From contig NC_092676.1 of the NCBI RefSeq assembly GCF_964355755.1, positions 17,254,871 to 17,318,870 on the forward strand: DNA of 64,000 bases, written 5' to 3'. Source of the DNA: Antedon mediterranea (lineage: Eukaryota; Animalia; Echinodermata). Shown here piece after piece: positions 10,601 through 20,105 of the stretch (the stretch's first letter is position 1; each line of letters begins with the position of its first letter). Position numbers and translations under genes: made by a program. Below the pieces are notes generated by a model. The model was not told the origin of the DNA. It was given only the letters and a program-made list of their open reading frames with translations, and made no database searches.

Positions 10601-10979
10601 CATCATAGGGAATTTAATGTATATACCGACTGAAAAAAAAACAAATTGTACACTAATTATTGAAGTCAAGATGCTCCTGCGGTCGTAAACGTATGCTATC
10701 GACGTCTTGTAAAAAGAGGGACAGTCCCTTTTCGCTTGGTAATACGATGTAGTTTGTATACACGCGTCGTCGTATACGGATCATATACGGATCGTATACG
10801 GAGCGTATAATTAGGAAATTGTTTATAAATGATCGTATACGGTTCGTGTATGTTTATTATGCGGGCAGGAACTTCCAAATTGACGTATACGTTTCGTATA
10901 CGAAGTGGACTTCCTATACGAAACATATATGAAACGTATGTAAATCGTATACGTTCGTATACCGTTTTTTTGCAAAGGG
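7693..10979. mobile_element. Non-autonomous CMC/EnSpm (CACTA)-like DNA transposon, 3287 bp
   Basis: TIRs CCCTTTGCAAAAAA…CGTATACG / CGTATAC…TTTTTTGCAAAGGG, 2-bp TSD (tt at 7691-92 and 10980-81), many subterminal CGTATACG-type words at both ends, no transposase ORF. Confidence 0.85.
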
Positions 10980-11472
10980 TTGCCTCCACTTGCAGATCTG
11001 TATTTTTTATAATATAATTTTTAGTAATGCAACTATTGTGTTCTCTAGGCCTACTCTTGCTGTGACTGTGGTGTTTTGTGGCCATCAAGGCCATCCTTCA
11101 GTGGTGAAGTACCTTTGGGTCGATCCTCTACTATTTAGACTGTTGTGTACACTATTGAATGTTTATGTTAAAAGATTGACTTTCATGCTTTCAACCATTT
11201 AAAATATCTTTTTAAAATATGACACACAAACTTTATCCAAAGTTTATTTTTATTTATTTATTGAAATACTGTAGGCCTCTTCCATCTTGGATATAATATC
11301 AAAAGCTTGGCCGTTCAAAAGCTAGGACTTGGATTTTTTATAATATTCAATCATGCACCACAATCTCAATATTACAGCTTATGTGTTTATATAATGCTGT
11401 ATATTGTCGCAACATTGCCTGTCGCATAGCACATTCGTGATTCAGTTATTTTTCAGTACTTTGTATTTATAG

Positions 11473-11544
11473 GTTGTGATAAACATGATAAAGAAGGGCG
11501 TGTCATAACTGCAGAATACGAGAAGTTTTATCTTGTCACTTCAT
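11473..11544 (+). CDS. APEX1: APEX1 coding exon 7 ([23 protein letters not shown])
   Basis: [11 protein letters not shown] motif; ttatag|GT ... T|gtaagt. Confidence 0.97.
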
Positions 11545-11639
11545 GTAAGTACTTTATTATTCGTTATTTAAAAAAAAATTGAATTAGATTTTGTATGCAA
11601 AAAAAATAACTGCATATGTGTATAATTGGTAAGCTTTGC

Positions 11640-11752
11640 AAATCGTTTTCATTTAGCTTTATGCTTATTTTATTTTGTATTTCCATTGAGATCCATGCAA
11701 CTGATATCCACAGCCATTGCCATTCTTTCAGTAATTTGCCTTTGAATTTAGA
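11640..11752 (+). mobile_element. Decayed Penelope 3' tail fragment
   Basis: atcgttttcatttagcttt…tccattgagatcc…ttcagtaatttgcctttg matches the reverse complement of ~14075-14180. Confidence 0.7.
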
Positions 11753-13496
11753 TATATTTGAATTGATTTGATTTGTACAGATGTATTTAAACATAAGTTT
11801 ACAAATTGAACTTATGTTTTTATAGCCTAGACATCCACATGTGTTTAGAAATCCTGGATCTGCCCCTGAACCAATTTGTTAGGACACACAGCTAACATTT
11901 ACTTGTATAGTTAAAGTTGTCATGATTGTCAACATTGATTGAAAAAGGTTAAAAGGACCTTTTCTACTTGACAAGTAAAAGTGTTTCTAGACTAAACTAA
12001 AGAAACAGATGTGACATTAAACATATTAAACACCTTAGAATTCAAACAAGTTTGAGATATTTACAAATTAGAATTCAAGTTTTCAGAAAGATCATCTCTT
12101 GATCATAATTGCATCAAGAAATGTTTGTTAAAGAGAAGGAATCGTTCATATGTGATATGTAATGACACTTTACAGTTTTCTTTAACACTTTTTTATATTG
12201 TTTATGAGCCATGTTCTTCTTAATGTCCTACTTATAGTTAAATAGAAATTGTATTTGTTTAAAAATGAGTCTAAAATGCTACTGTAACGTTTGTGCGTTA
12301 CTTTGTGTTATTACTGAACTTTGCTTTTGCACCAATTATTGTAAATGTGGGTGTGGGCTTGTGGAACAGTGGTCGTATTCACCATTCACACTTAAGGAAA
12401 CCCTTAAAATTAAGACAAATCTCCTATCTAAGTGAATACAATTTAAGGGAAATACTTTCAAATTCACTGCAAAACATAATATTTTTGTTTTGTGTTTTTG
12501 TAGTATTTTTTAAAAATACTTGTAATATTTAAAAATACTAAATTAGTTAAATATATTTTAGATAATTATTTAATTAAAAAAAATATGATGTTACATCATT
12601 TAATACTACTAGTTCAAGTTGTCCAAACTTCACAGATGTTTAAATAGCCCCCTCCCCCCTCTATTTTCTATTTTGGATTAAATCAGGTTAGAAATCTAGT
12701 ATTATTATGACAGTAAAAATGCATTAGAATTGAGACCTTGATCATAATTGCATATCAAGATTTGTTGAAGAGTGACAATCTTTCGGATGTTGCTTTTAAT
12801 CTTTATTTTATTGTCACTCTGCAATCAACTTTAACACTCCTGAGCAATCTTCAGTTTATGAGCCAGGCTTTTGAAATGTCCTAGTATTACTTATAAGTAT
12901 TTTTGAAGAGAGTTGATAATACTGTATACCTAAATACATGTACCTGTCAACTCTGACGCATAATCCAAGAGTCTCACGCATGTTAGCCGCATTCATACAC
13001 AGCTATAACACGCATCTATAAAATGTTCAGAAAGAACATTATTTTAAAATTAACTGGCCAATTGTGAATAACATATACCTGAATTATTAATTTTAGTTTA
13101 GCCTAGGCTTTTATATGTATTTTTATGGTTGATCTAACATAGGAACACCTATCTTTTCAGTGGGAAATTAAACCATTATTAAAACATGCTTTAGGCCTAT
13201 ACATTTTTTGCCTCATTGACCACTAAAAAGCAGGTGTTAAGTAGGAAATACAGTAATATTTTGTTTTTAGTTTGAATACATTATTATTTATGGTCAACAA
13301 TAAAACAACATACCTAGATACCAAAAAAAAAATTTAATAGCAAAAAATTATATTTTCCACGAAAACAGATTTAAAAAAAAATCAAATGATTGATTTGCCA
13401 CATTATTTCACTGAAAAGTAATATATTTAATATTCCGTCATTAAATATTTAATACAGAGGCGTCATTGTGAAAAGTAAGAATTAATTTATTTATTA

Positions 13497-14007
13497 ATTT
13501 ATCGTTTAAAATTAATTAATTAAATTTCAGTATATCACCGGGAGGTTTAGAATTACTGTTCTTTGCCTGATTTGTTTATATATATTAACACAGCAGGCAA
13601 AGAACATTAATTCTAAACCGCCCGGTGATATACTGAAATTTAATTAATTAATTTGAAATGATAAAGATGAGGAAATCTGTGAGAATGAGAAAAAGTCCCC
13701 TCAACCGAGACTCGAACTCGGACCGTCTGCTTGTTCAAACACGATTGGATAGCGACTCTTTAACATTCTCAGCGTGGTACGGCGGAACAGCACTAGTCCT
13801 CAGTTGTACGCATGCACAACAGAGATCAAATTGATACCCCCTCATCTTTCAGTATTTTTATTCACGAGGCGAGATCTCCAAAGAGATACTTTTATATATA
13901 TAAACACAGTAGGCAAAGAACATTAATTCTAAACCGCCCGGTGATATACTGAAATTTGAATTAATTAATTTGAAACGATAAAGATGAGGAAATCTGTGAG
14001 AATGAGA
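13497..14007. repeat. Variant copies of the 371-bp tRNA-like unit: one inverted partial, one internally deleted, one partial
   Basis: 13497-13578 is inverted against 13587-13665 across a TA tract. Units start at 13587 and 13902 and share ccgcccggtgata-actgaaa…gataaagatgaggaaatctgtgagaatgaga with the array at 14876-15920. Confidence 0.85.
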
Positions 14008-14199
14008 TATATATATATATAAAAAAAAAATTGAGGGCTCTACAACATATTAATATATATATATATATATATAAATCCAAAGGCAAATTACTGAAAAAAA
14101 TGACAATGCTGTGGGTATCAGTGGCTGGATCTCAATGGAGATACAAAAATAAAAAGCGAAAAGCTAAATCAAAACGATAAAGTAAACAGCCAGAAAAGT

Positions 14200-14240
14200 T
14201 AGCAGAGCTTTCGGGCAACACTAGCCCTTCATCAGTGCAA
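14200..14240 (-). ncRNA. Minimal type I hammerhead ribozyme (PLE-associated)
   Basis: Minus strand GCA-CTGATGA-A-GGGC-tagtgtt-GCCC-GAAA-GC-TC-TGC: intact CUGAUGA and GAAA core, 4-bp stem II, palindromic AGCT stem III, UC cleavage site at 14205, short stem I GCA/TGC. Confidence 0.75.
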
Positions 14241-14267
14241 GTGAAGGAATTTGGATAACGTCAAAGT

Positions 14268-14585
14268 GAGTGAGTGGCCGAGCGGTTAAGACAGTGGAAC
14301 CGTAATCACGTAGCCATAACATCGGCAGGGGTTCGAGGCTCACTCACTCCATGGTTCTGGTGGTAGAACGAGTTTTCTCGGATAAGGACTATAAACCGTA
14401 GGTCCAGTGTACACAACTTGCTCGTGTGCACTTTAAAGAACCTAGTACATCTTTCGAGATGAGTAGGGGGTTACCCCGGTGTATTAGTACATCACAGCCA
14501 CTGATCACCAACTGGGCCCTCTGGGAGATCAGTCTTTGACTGAAGAGGTTACCCAGTATAAAGATAAAAAAAACAAACAAACAAA
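14268..14585 (+). mobile_element. tRNA-headed Deu/Nin-domain SINE (young, full length)
   Basis: A box TGGCCGAGCGG and B box GGTTCGAGGC. Deu-like core cggataaggactataaaccgtaggtcc…gcactttaaagaacc…ttcgagatgagtagggggttaccccggtgt. (AAAC)n tail; caaagt on both sides is a probable TSD. Confidence 0.9.
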
Positions 14586-14987
14586 GTATAAAGCTGGCAA
14601 GTGCTGCCTGGGTGGACAGGAATAAAAGAAATATAACAAAGGGAGCCAGGGTGGAGTCTGAATAAGAGTGGAAAACAAAGAAGGTAGCTTGGTAGAGATA
14701 TAAACAATTTTGGAATGAGACTAAAAAACAGCTTAAATGGTGGTTAATATTGAAACTTAAATTTTGGTAGTCAATGGAATAATTTGGAATTAATTCTGGG
14801 AGTATGTTCCTAATGTTAAGTCCAAAAGGTTTTGTGGTTTTAAGTAGTAATTCCCGGTGGTTTTCATATATATATAAACACAACAGGCATAGAAATAAAT
14901 TCCAAACCGCCCGGTGATACACTGAAAATTATTTAATTAATTTTTGAAACGATAAAGATGAGGAAATCTGTGAGAATGAGAAAAAGT

Positions 14988-15059
14988 CGCCCCAACCGAG
15001 ACTCGAACTCGGCCCATCTGCTTGATATGCAGTTGCCCTAACCATTAGACCACTGAAGC
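14988..15059 (-). ncRNA. tRNA-like element in unit 1 (anticodon position ATC)
   Basis: 72 nt: GCTTCAG…TTGGGGC acceptor, A box TGGTCTAATGG, CTGC-atatcaa-GCAG arm, CCGAG-TTCGAGT-CTCGG T arm, TTTTT immediately downstream. Confidence 0.7.
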
Positions 15060-15358
15060 TTTCATGGTATTGTTCTTTACTCGATCGGATAACGACCCTT
15101 TAACATTCTTGGTGTGGTACGGTTGGAACACAACTAGTCCTCAGTTGTACGCACGCGCACCAGAGATCAAATTGATACGCCCTCATCTATAATTCAGTAT
15201 ATTTATTCACTAAGCGGGATCTCGAGAGATACTTATATATATATATAAACACAACAGGCATAGAAATAAATTCCAAACCGCCCGGTGATACACTGAAAAT
15301 TATTTAATTAATTTTTGAAACGATAAAGATGAGGAAATCTGTGAGAATGAGAAAAAGT

Positions 15359-15430
15359 CGCCCCAACCGAGACTCGAACTCGGCCCGTCTGCTTGATATG
15401 CAGTTTCCCTAACCATTAGACCACGGAGGC
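15359..15430 (-). ncRNA. tRNA-like element in unit 2
   Basis: As unit 1; 5' strand GCCTCCG. Confidence 0.7.
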
Positions 15431-15729
15431 TTTCATGGTATTGTTCTTTACTTGATCGGATAACGACCCTTTAACATTCTCGGTGTGGTACGGTTGGAAC
15501 ACAACTAGTCCTCAGTTGTACGCACGCGCACCAGAGATCAAATTGATACGCTCTCATCTATAATTCAGTATATTTATTCACTAAGCGGGATCTCGAGAGA
15601 TACTTTTATATATATATAAACACAACAGGCATAGAAATAAATTCCAAACCGCCCGGTGATACACTGAAAATTATTTAATTAATTTTTGAAACGATAAAGA
15701 TGAGGAAATATGTGAGAATGAGAAAAAGT

Positions 15730-15801
15730 TGCCCCAACCGAGACTCGAACTCGGACCGTCTGCTTGATATGCAGTTGCCCTAACCATTAGACCACTGAGG
15801 C
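15730..15801 (-). ncRNA. tRNA-like element in unit 3
   Basis: As unit 1; acceptor GCCTCAG/TTGGGGC fully paired including G-U pairs. Confidence 0.7.
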
Positions 15802-15935
15802 TTTCATGGTATTGTTCTTTTACTCGATCGGATAACGACCCTTTCACATTCTCGGCGTGGTACGGTTGGAACACAACTAGTCCTCAGTTGTACGCACGCG
15901 CACCAGAGATCAAATTGATATATATATATATATGA

Positions 15936-15971
15936 TGAAGAAGGGCTAGTGTTGCCCGAAAGCTCTGCTAA

Positions 15972-15974
<3 letters not shown>
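15936..15974 (+). ncRNA. Second, inverted, 5'-truncated hammerhead copy
   Basis: tgaagaagggctagtgttgcccgaaagctctgctaactt lies between two TA tracts. It lacks the core C and the 5' strand of stem I, so it is probably inactive. Confidence 0.6.
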
Positions 15975-16009
<35 letters not shown>

Positions 16010-17080
16010 TATGTTGTAGAGCCCTCTATTTTTTACCTGATCTCTTTATAGTGAAGGTAGTGGTTTACCTGTTCTCGTTTTACTATTATCAAAAAGATTA
16101 ATCAATCTTTAAACATTTATGAATAATAATGATTTAAACTGCACTTAAAATCAGGCCTTGATTATAGAAGCACTCTAAAAATTGGCTAAGTAGAGAGATT
16201 CTTTTTAATCTTTATGTATTGTCACTTTAGAATCAACTTTAACACTGTATAATCTAGTTTATGAGTGTGGCTGTTGAAATTTGCTAATACTATCTCATTT
16301 ATTACATTTTCCGGAAATAAGAATATATTTGGCATTTAGGAGATGTTAAAAAAAAAGTGGTTTTTTGACAAAATTGCTTCATAGCTTTATTGTTGAGTTT
16401 TTTTTTTTTTTTTTGATACAAATTTGAAATTTGTGTATGTGTCCGATATCATCGCCAGGGCACTCTCTCTCCTTTGACAACTAAAATGATGAACTATGAA
16501 CTAGTTTTTGATCTTTTTTTACAGTTTTGATCTAATGTTTTGTTAGCTGCCTGTGATCACATACAGTAGTTCATTTATAGTCAATATTTTCTATTTCTAA
16601 ATTCACAATTCTAGTACCCTCTGATAGTTTTATGCTTCCTTTGAAATGTTTGTAAAGTGTTAAATAGACTAGAATATATTCTATCCATTCCACAAATAGA
16701 AAACTGTAAATGTTGAAGGCTATAGGTACTAGGTTCATACAAAAATATGTGGCACTCACAGAGTGGATGTATTATAAACAGCGCACAGTACTGGTTGGTT
16801 TTCGAACATGCAACGGTTACCACCAGAATGTGCAGTACCAATTAATGTGCAACGGTAAAACTTGATCATACAATGTACCACCTAATCGTACAATGTACCA
16901 CATAATCATACAATGTAAATGTTAAATGTATTATCCTGGTTCTCAAGCTTAACTGGAAAATGAGGAAATTCAGATTAGGCCTTCCACGGACCCACAGCAG
17001 ACAGCAGTGCAGTGCCTACAAGAACAGCACAGCGGGAGACGATCCCCTACTCTTTTTGAATAGTGTACCAAGTTCTTTAA

Positions 17081-18122
17081 CACTTTGACTGCCAGAGGTT
17101 TTTCCAGTTTGAAACTGCCACCGCCAGCGTTTATAGCCCAATTCGATGTTTTTATTAAAGATGATTGAAACTATGTATGTGATCTGATTTACATATAATT
17201 TAGACTAAAATAATCATATAGATTTTAGCTTTACAATGGCACCAAGAACGATTTTCAAATCGCAATATGTAAATCGTAATAGTAAAATGAAAGTAACCCA
17301 CTTTTTGAGTTTTTCGTAGTTTCGCGCAAGAAAGTCGAGATAGTCGCGATTTTGTGCAAGACATCACAATATGAAAATATCGCCCGGTGAGATCAACAAA
17401 CAACGAAAACGTTACTTACACGGCACCGGTAGGCCTATAAAAACAAGTTATCACTATCTAAAAATGTATTACATTTTATAAATCATAAATCTTACATCAA
17501 TGTTTCGCCAAAATCCACATAGTAAAGACACCAGGCCTAGTTAACTAGGCCTAAAGTTGGTCCGGAACCGTTTTACGACTAGGCCTAGGCTATAGCCTAG
17601 TACTACTAGCCTAGCTAGTAAACTGATGATAATATTCATACCATTTCTAAACTAGTTTGTTGCGTGAAACTCGGTCACTTACAGTGAAACACCAAAACAA
17701 TTAGGGTATACATACAATAATAAAATTAAAGACTTCTTATTGAATATTCATCCATTATTTTTTATTCAGATAACAAACAAACATGCCAATCCACATTACC
17801 TTTGTAATGCTTCGGCGGCATAGCTAGCGCGCGACCGATACACAATGCGCCAAACCATCGCTGTACGCGCTACTGTGATGCGCGGTGCATGTTTTTGCGA
17901 CAGGTACCATTTTGACAATCGTTCGTAACCAGATTAGTTACTTTCAAAAGGTAAAAAATTCACGGTCCAGACCGAATTTAGTGTCCATATTTATAGTATA
18001 TACCAATAATTAACCTATCTACCGGATTTCGTAAAAAAACGCGAAAAACGAAGATCTTCGTGTTTGGCAGTCAAGCGTTGTGTTTCCAAAAACGAAGATC
18101 TTCGTGTTTGGCAGTCAAAGTG
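17081..18122. mobile_element. piggyBac-like non-autonomous element, 1042 bp
   Basis: TTAA|CACTTTGACTGCCA … TGGCAGTCAAAGTG|TTAA: perfect 14-bp TIRs and TTAA TSD. Duplicated subterminal aaaaacgaagatcttcgtgtttggcagtcaa at the right end. Confidence 0.9.
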
Positions 18123-18303
18123 TTAATGTGCTGCTGCACTGCTAAGTACATGGCACCAACGACTTTACATCCCATCCGAAGGATGAAGCATCTTGCCTGA
18201 AGGATGCAATTATTATGGTACAGATAACCTCGAACCCATGCCTATCACATGCTAGTTCGATATTATCATGCAGTCATCACTCTCTGGTGTATATACAGCA
18301 CCT

Positions 18304-19994
18304 CAGGCCCGTATGCAGGGGGGGTGCGTTGGGTGCAGACGCACCCCCCCAAGTCCCAAAAGGTCCACTTTTTCCTCGGTTGGTATTTTTTCTTGTCTTG
18401 TTTAACTAAAGACAATATCATTATATATACAAAATTTACATTATCAATGGTATACAAACAAAAATATGCTAATATAAAATGAAAAAATACCGGTAATTAA
18501 ATTACGGAATCTGAACTGACTACAAACTCGATGTAAAACATGCGCAGTCGATCATGTGACGACAAGTAATAGCTTAGCGCTTCATGTACGCGGTAAAGTG
18601 TTTGCTGGAGAAATACAGACAACTTAACGTCAGGGAACACGTGTACTTTTTGTCGGGGAATATAATATACAGTAAAAAGCGTTCGCGTTCACTTCGTAGC
18701 TAGCTTCAGCGCCTAGAAAACCGCGACGTTTCATTGACCGTGAGAGTACGTCAGAGTGATATTATGCACTTTATATGCATTCATTATTGCCAGCGATCTA
18801 ACTTACTACTAAACAATAGCTAGGTACGCACTTGTCTGGCGGTATCCCTTTGTACGAATCGTTCAACGTTGGGTCGAGACGCGTGATATCAAGTTTCATC
18901 CAGGGACCAAAATGTGTAATGTGTTATTTTCCAGGCGAAGTTTACCGACGGTTACGTCGTGTACTGCGTCGACGTACGCTACACTACAGCAAAAACGAAT
19001 TATGTTAATTGTTCGTTTGTTCACCAATTTTTTAATTTACAAGTAACCTTCTGTACCGTGGGGCACCTAAAATAAATTGTTCATCCATTACTAAACAAAA
19101 AAACATGCCATTTTCGCTTAGCCAACATTATAGCTATAGTTATTACATTTTCAATATCCTGTATGTCATGAATTTCTCACCACTCGGAAGTCCAGATGGT
19201 ACGCATGCATACACCTGGGAGGAATAAACTTTTTTCCCCGACTGAAAAAGGTCTACGCTTGCGTTTTTTAAGCCTCTAGGCCTGCAATTTTTTGAAGACC
19301 TGCAGCTCTAGTTTTAAACATTTTCTTAGCTCAGCCCCAACAATAAAGCTGGTCATATTTCGAAGAACAAGAAGTACATTTTCCGGGACCTAACATCTCT
19401 ATTTTTCAAACATTTCTTAGCTCAGTCACAACCCATGATAGGGACTTATATATTTTTTTTCATGTTTTGAAGTATAATAAGTCCAATTTCCGGGACCTCC
19501 AACTCTATTTTTCAAATTTTTCTTTGGATTGAAACAGTCATCGCGCATCGTTTTTTTGCACGCAGTATTTTATTTATGCATTATAAAAAATGGAAAAAAT
19601 GGCTACCCTAAATCTGATTAAAAAGACCTCAAATGACGCTAGAACGCGTTGCCGGGGGCCCTTGGCGGCCCTTGGCCCTCAGCCTAGTGATGCTCGCTTC
19701 GCTCGCATAGCCCCCTCGTCGGGGAATGTAGCCCCCGCGTCGGGAAGATCCTGGCGCCACCCCTGCTGAGTTGGCCTCATCATGAAAGCGTTAAGTTCTG
19801 GTGTCCATCGTTCAACTAGCCCAAGCCACAACAGAGAGTCTTACATCAGTCTTTAGAACGTCAAATAACGCAAATTTTTTCAGGGCCTTCGGCCCCTGGA
19901 CCCTAACCGGGGGCCCTTGGCGGCCCCCTGGCCCCCAGCCATTGTTGCTCGCTTCGCTCGCACCCCCCCATTATAAATGCTGCATACGGGCCTA
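18304..19994. mobile_element. hAT-like non-autonomous element, 1691 bp
   Basis: TIRs CAGGCCCGTATGCAG / CTGCATACGGGCCTA; cacct on both flanks; subterminal ggggcccttggcggccc…gctcgcttcgctcg module present twice. Confidence 0.85.
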
Positions 19995-20004
19995 CACCTG
20001 CTGC

Positions 20005-20105
20005 TAATTCTAGATGGTCTCCCATCCAGAACGCAACCGTCCCAATGTTGTTTAACTTCAGTGATCCGATGAGAACCGGTGTTTCAACGCGCTATGGCCA
20101 TACCA
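20005..20105 (-). pseudogene. 5S rRNA-derived SINE head
   Basis: Minus strand tatggccatagcgcgttgaaacaccggttctcatcggatcactgaagttaaacaac…tggatgggagacc is clearly 5S-like but diverged and lacks the 5S 3' end. Confidence 0.85.

Larger units (their letters stand above)
14073..14870 (-). mobile_element. Penelope-like retroelement 3' end (GIY-YIG C-terminal remnant and pLTR), interrupted by a SINE
   Basis: Minus strand YENHRELLLKTTKPFGLNIR resembles the PLE endonuclease C-terminal E..W...L.T..P.GLN motif. It is followed by a hammerhead core and a T-rich tail and is bounded by (TA)n. Confidence 0.75.
14876..15920 (-). repeat. Tandem array of a 371-bp unit (~2.8 copies) separated by (TA)n, each with a tRNA-like cloverleaf
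   Basis: Units start at 14876, 15247 and 15618 (period 371) and are nearly identical. Confidence 0.95.
16930..20105 (-). mobile_element. 5S-rRNA-headed Deu-domain SINE (SINE3 type), split into three pieces by two DNA transposons
   Basis: Pieces are 20105-19995 (5S-like head), 18303-18123 (B-box-like gggttcgagg and Deu 5' part ttcggatgggatgtaaagtcgttggt) and 17080-16930 (ttaaagaac…gagtagggga and tail). The tail matches 41242-41395. Confidence 0.8.

Noticed and set aside
10696-11094. 132-aa ORF as a transposase
   Set aside because: Produced by low-complexity CGTATACG subterminal repeats; no DDE or Tnp2 motifs.
14389-14922. 177-aa ORF as a real gene
   Set aside because: Chimeric read-through of a repeat unit, a Penelope remnant and an antisense SINE. 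Only the short LKT..PFGLN stretch is meaningful.
15130-15150. Hammerhead inside the 371-bp unit (CTGAGGA on the minus strand)
   Set aside because: No stem II followed by GAAA downstream. It is only an imperfect hairpin (acaactagtcctcagttgt).
14988-15801. Bona fide tRNA-Asp genes
   Set aside because: ATC anticodon (eukaryotic Asp tRNAs use GTC), purine at position 32, only a 4-bp anticodon stem, sequence unlike conserved tRNA-Asp, and embedded in a repeat. Kept as tRNA-like only.
16484-16626. Box C/D snoRNA (ATGATGA … CTGA)
   Set aside because: No terminal stem, no recognisable rRNA antisense element, and not at a typical distance from a splice site.
20005-20105. Functional 5S rRNA gene
   Set aside because: Many substitutions, missing 3' end and terminator, and it continues into a SINE body.
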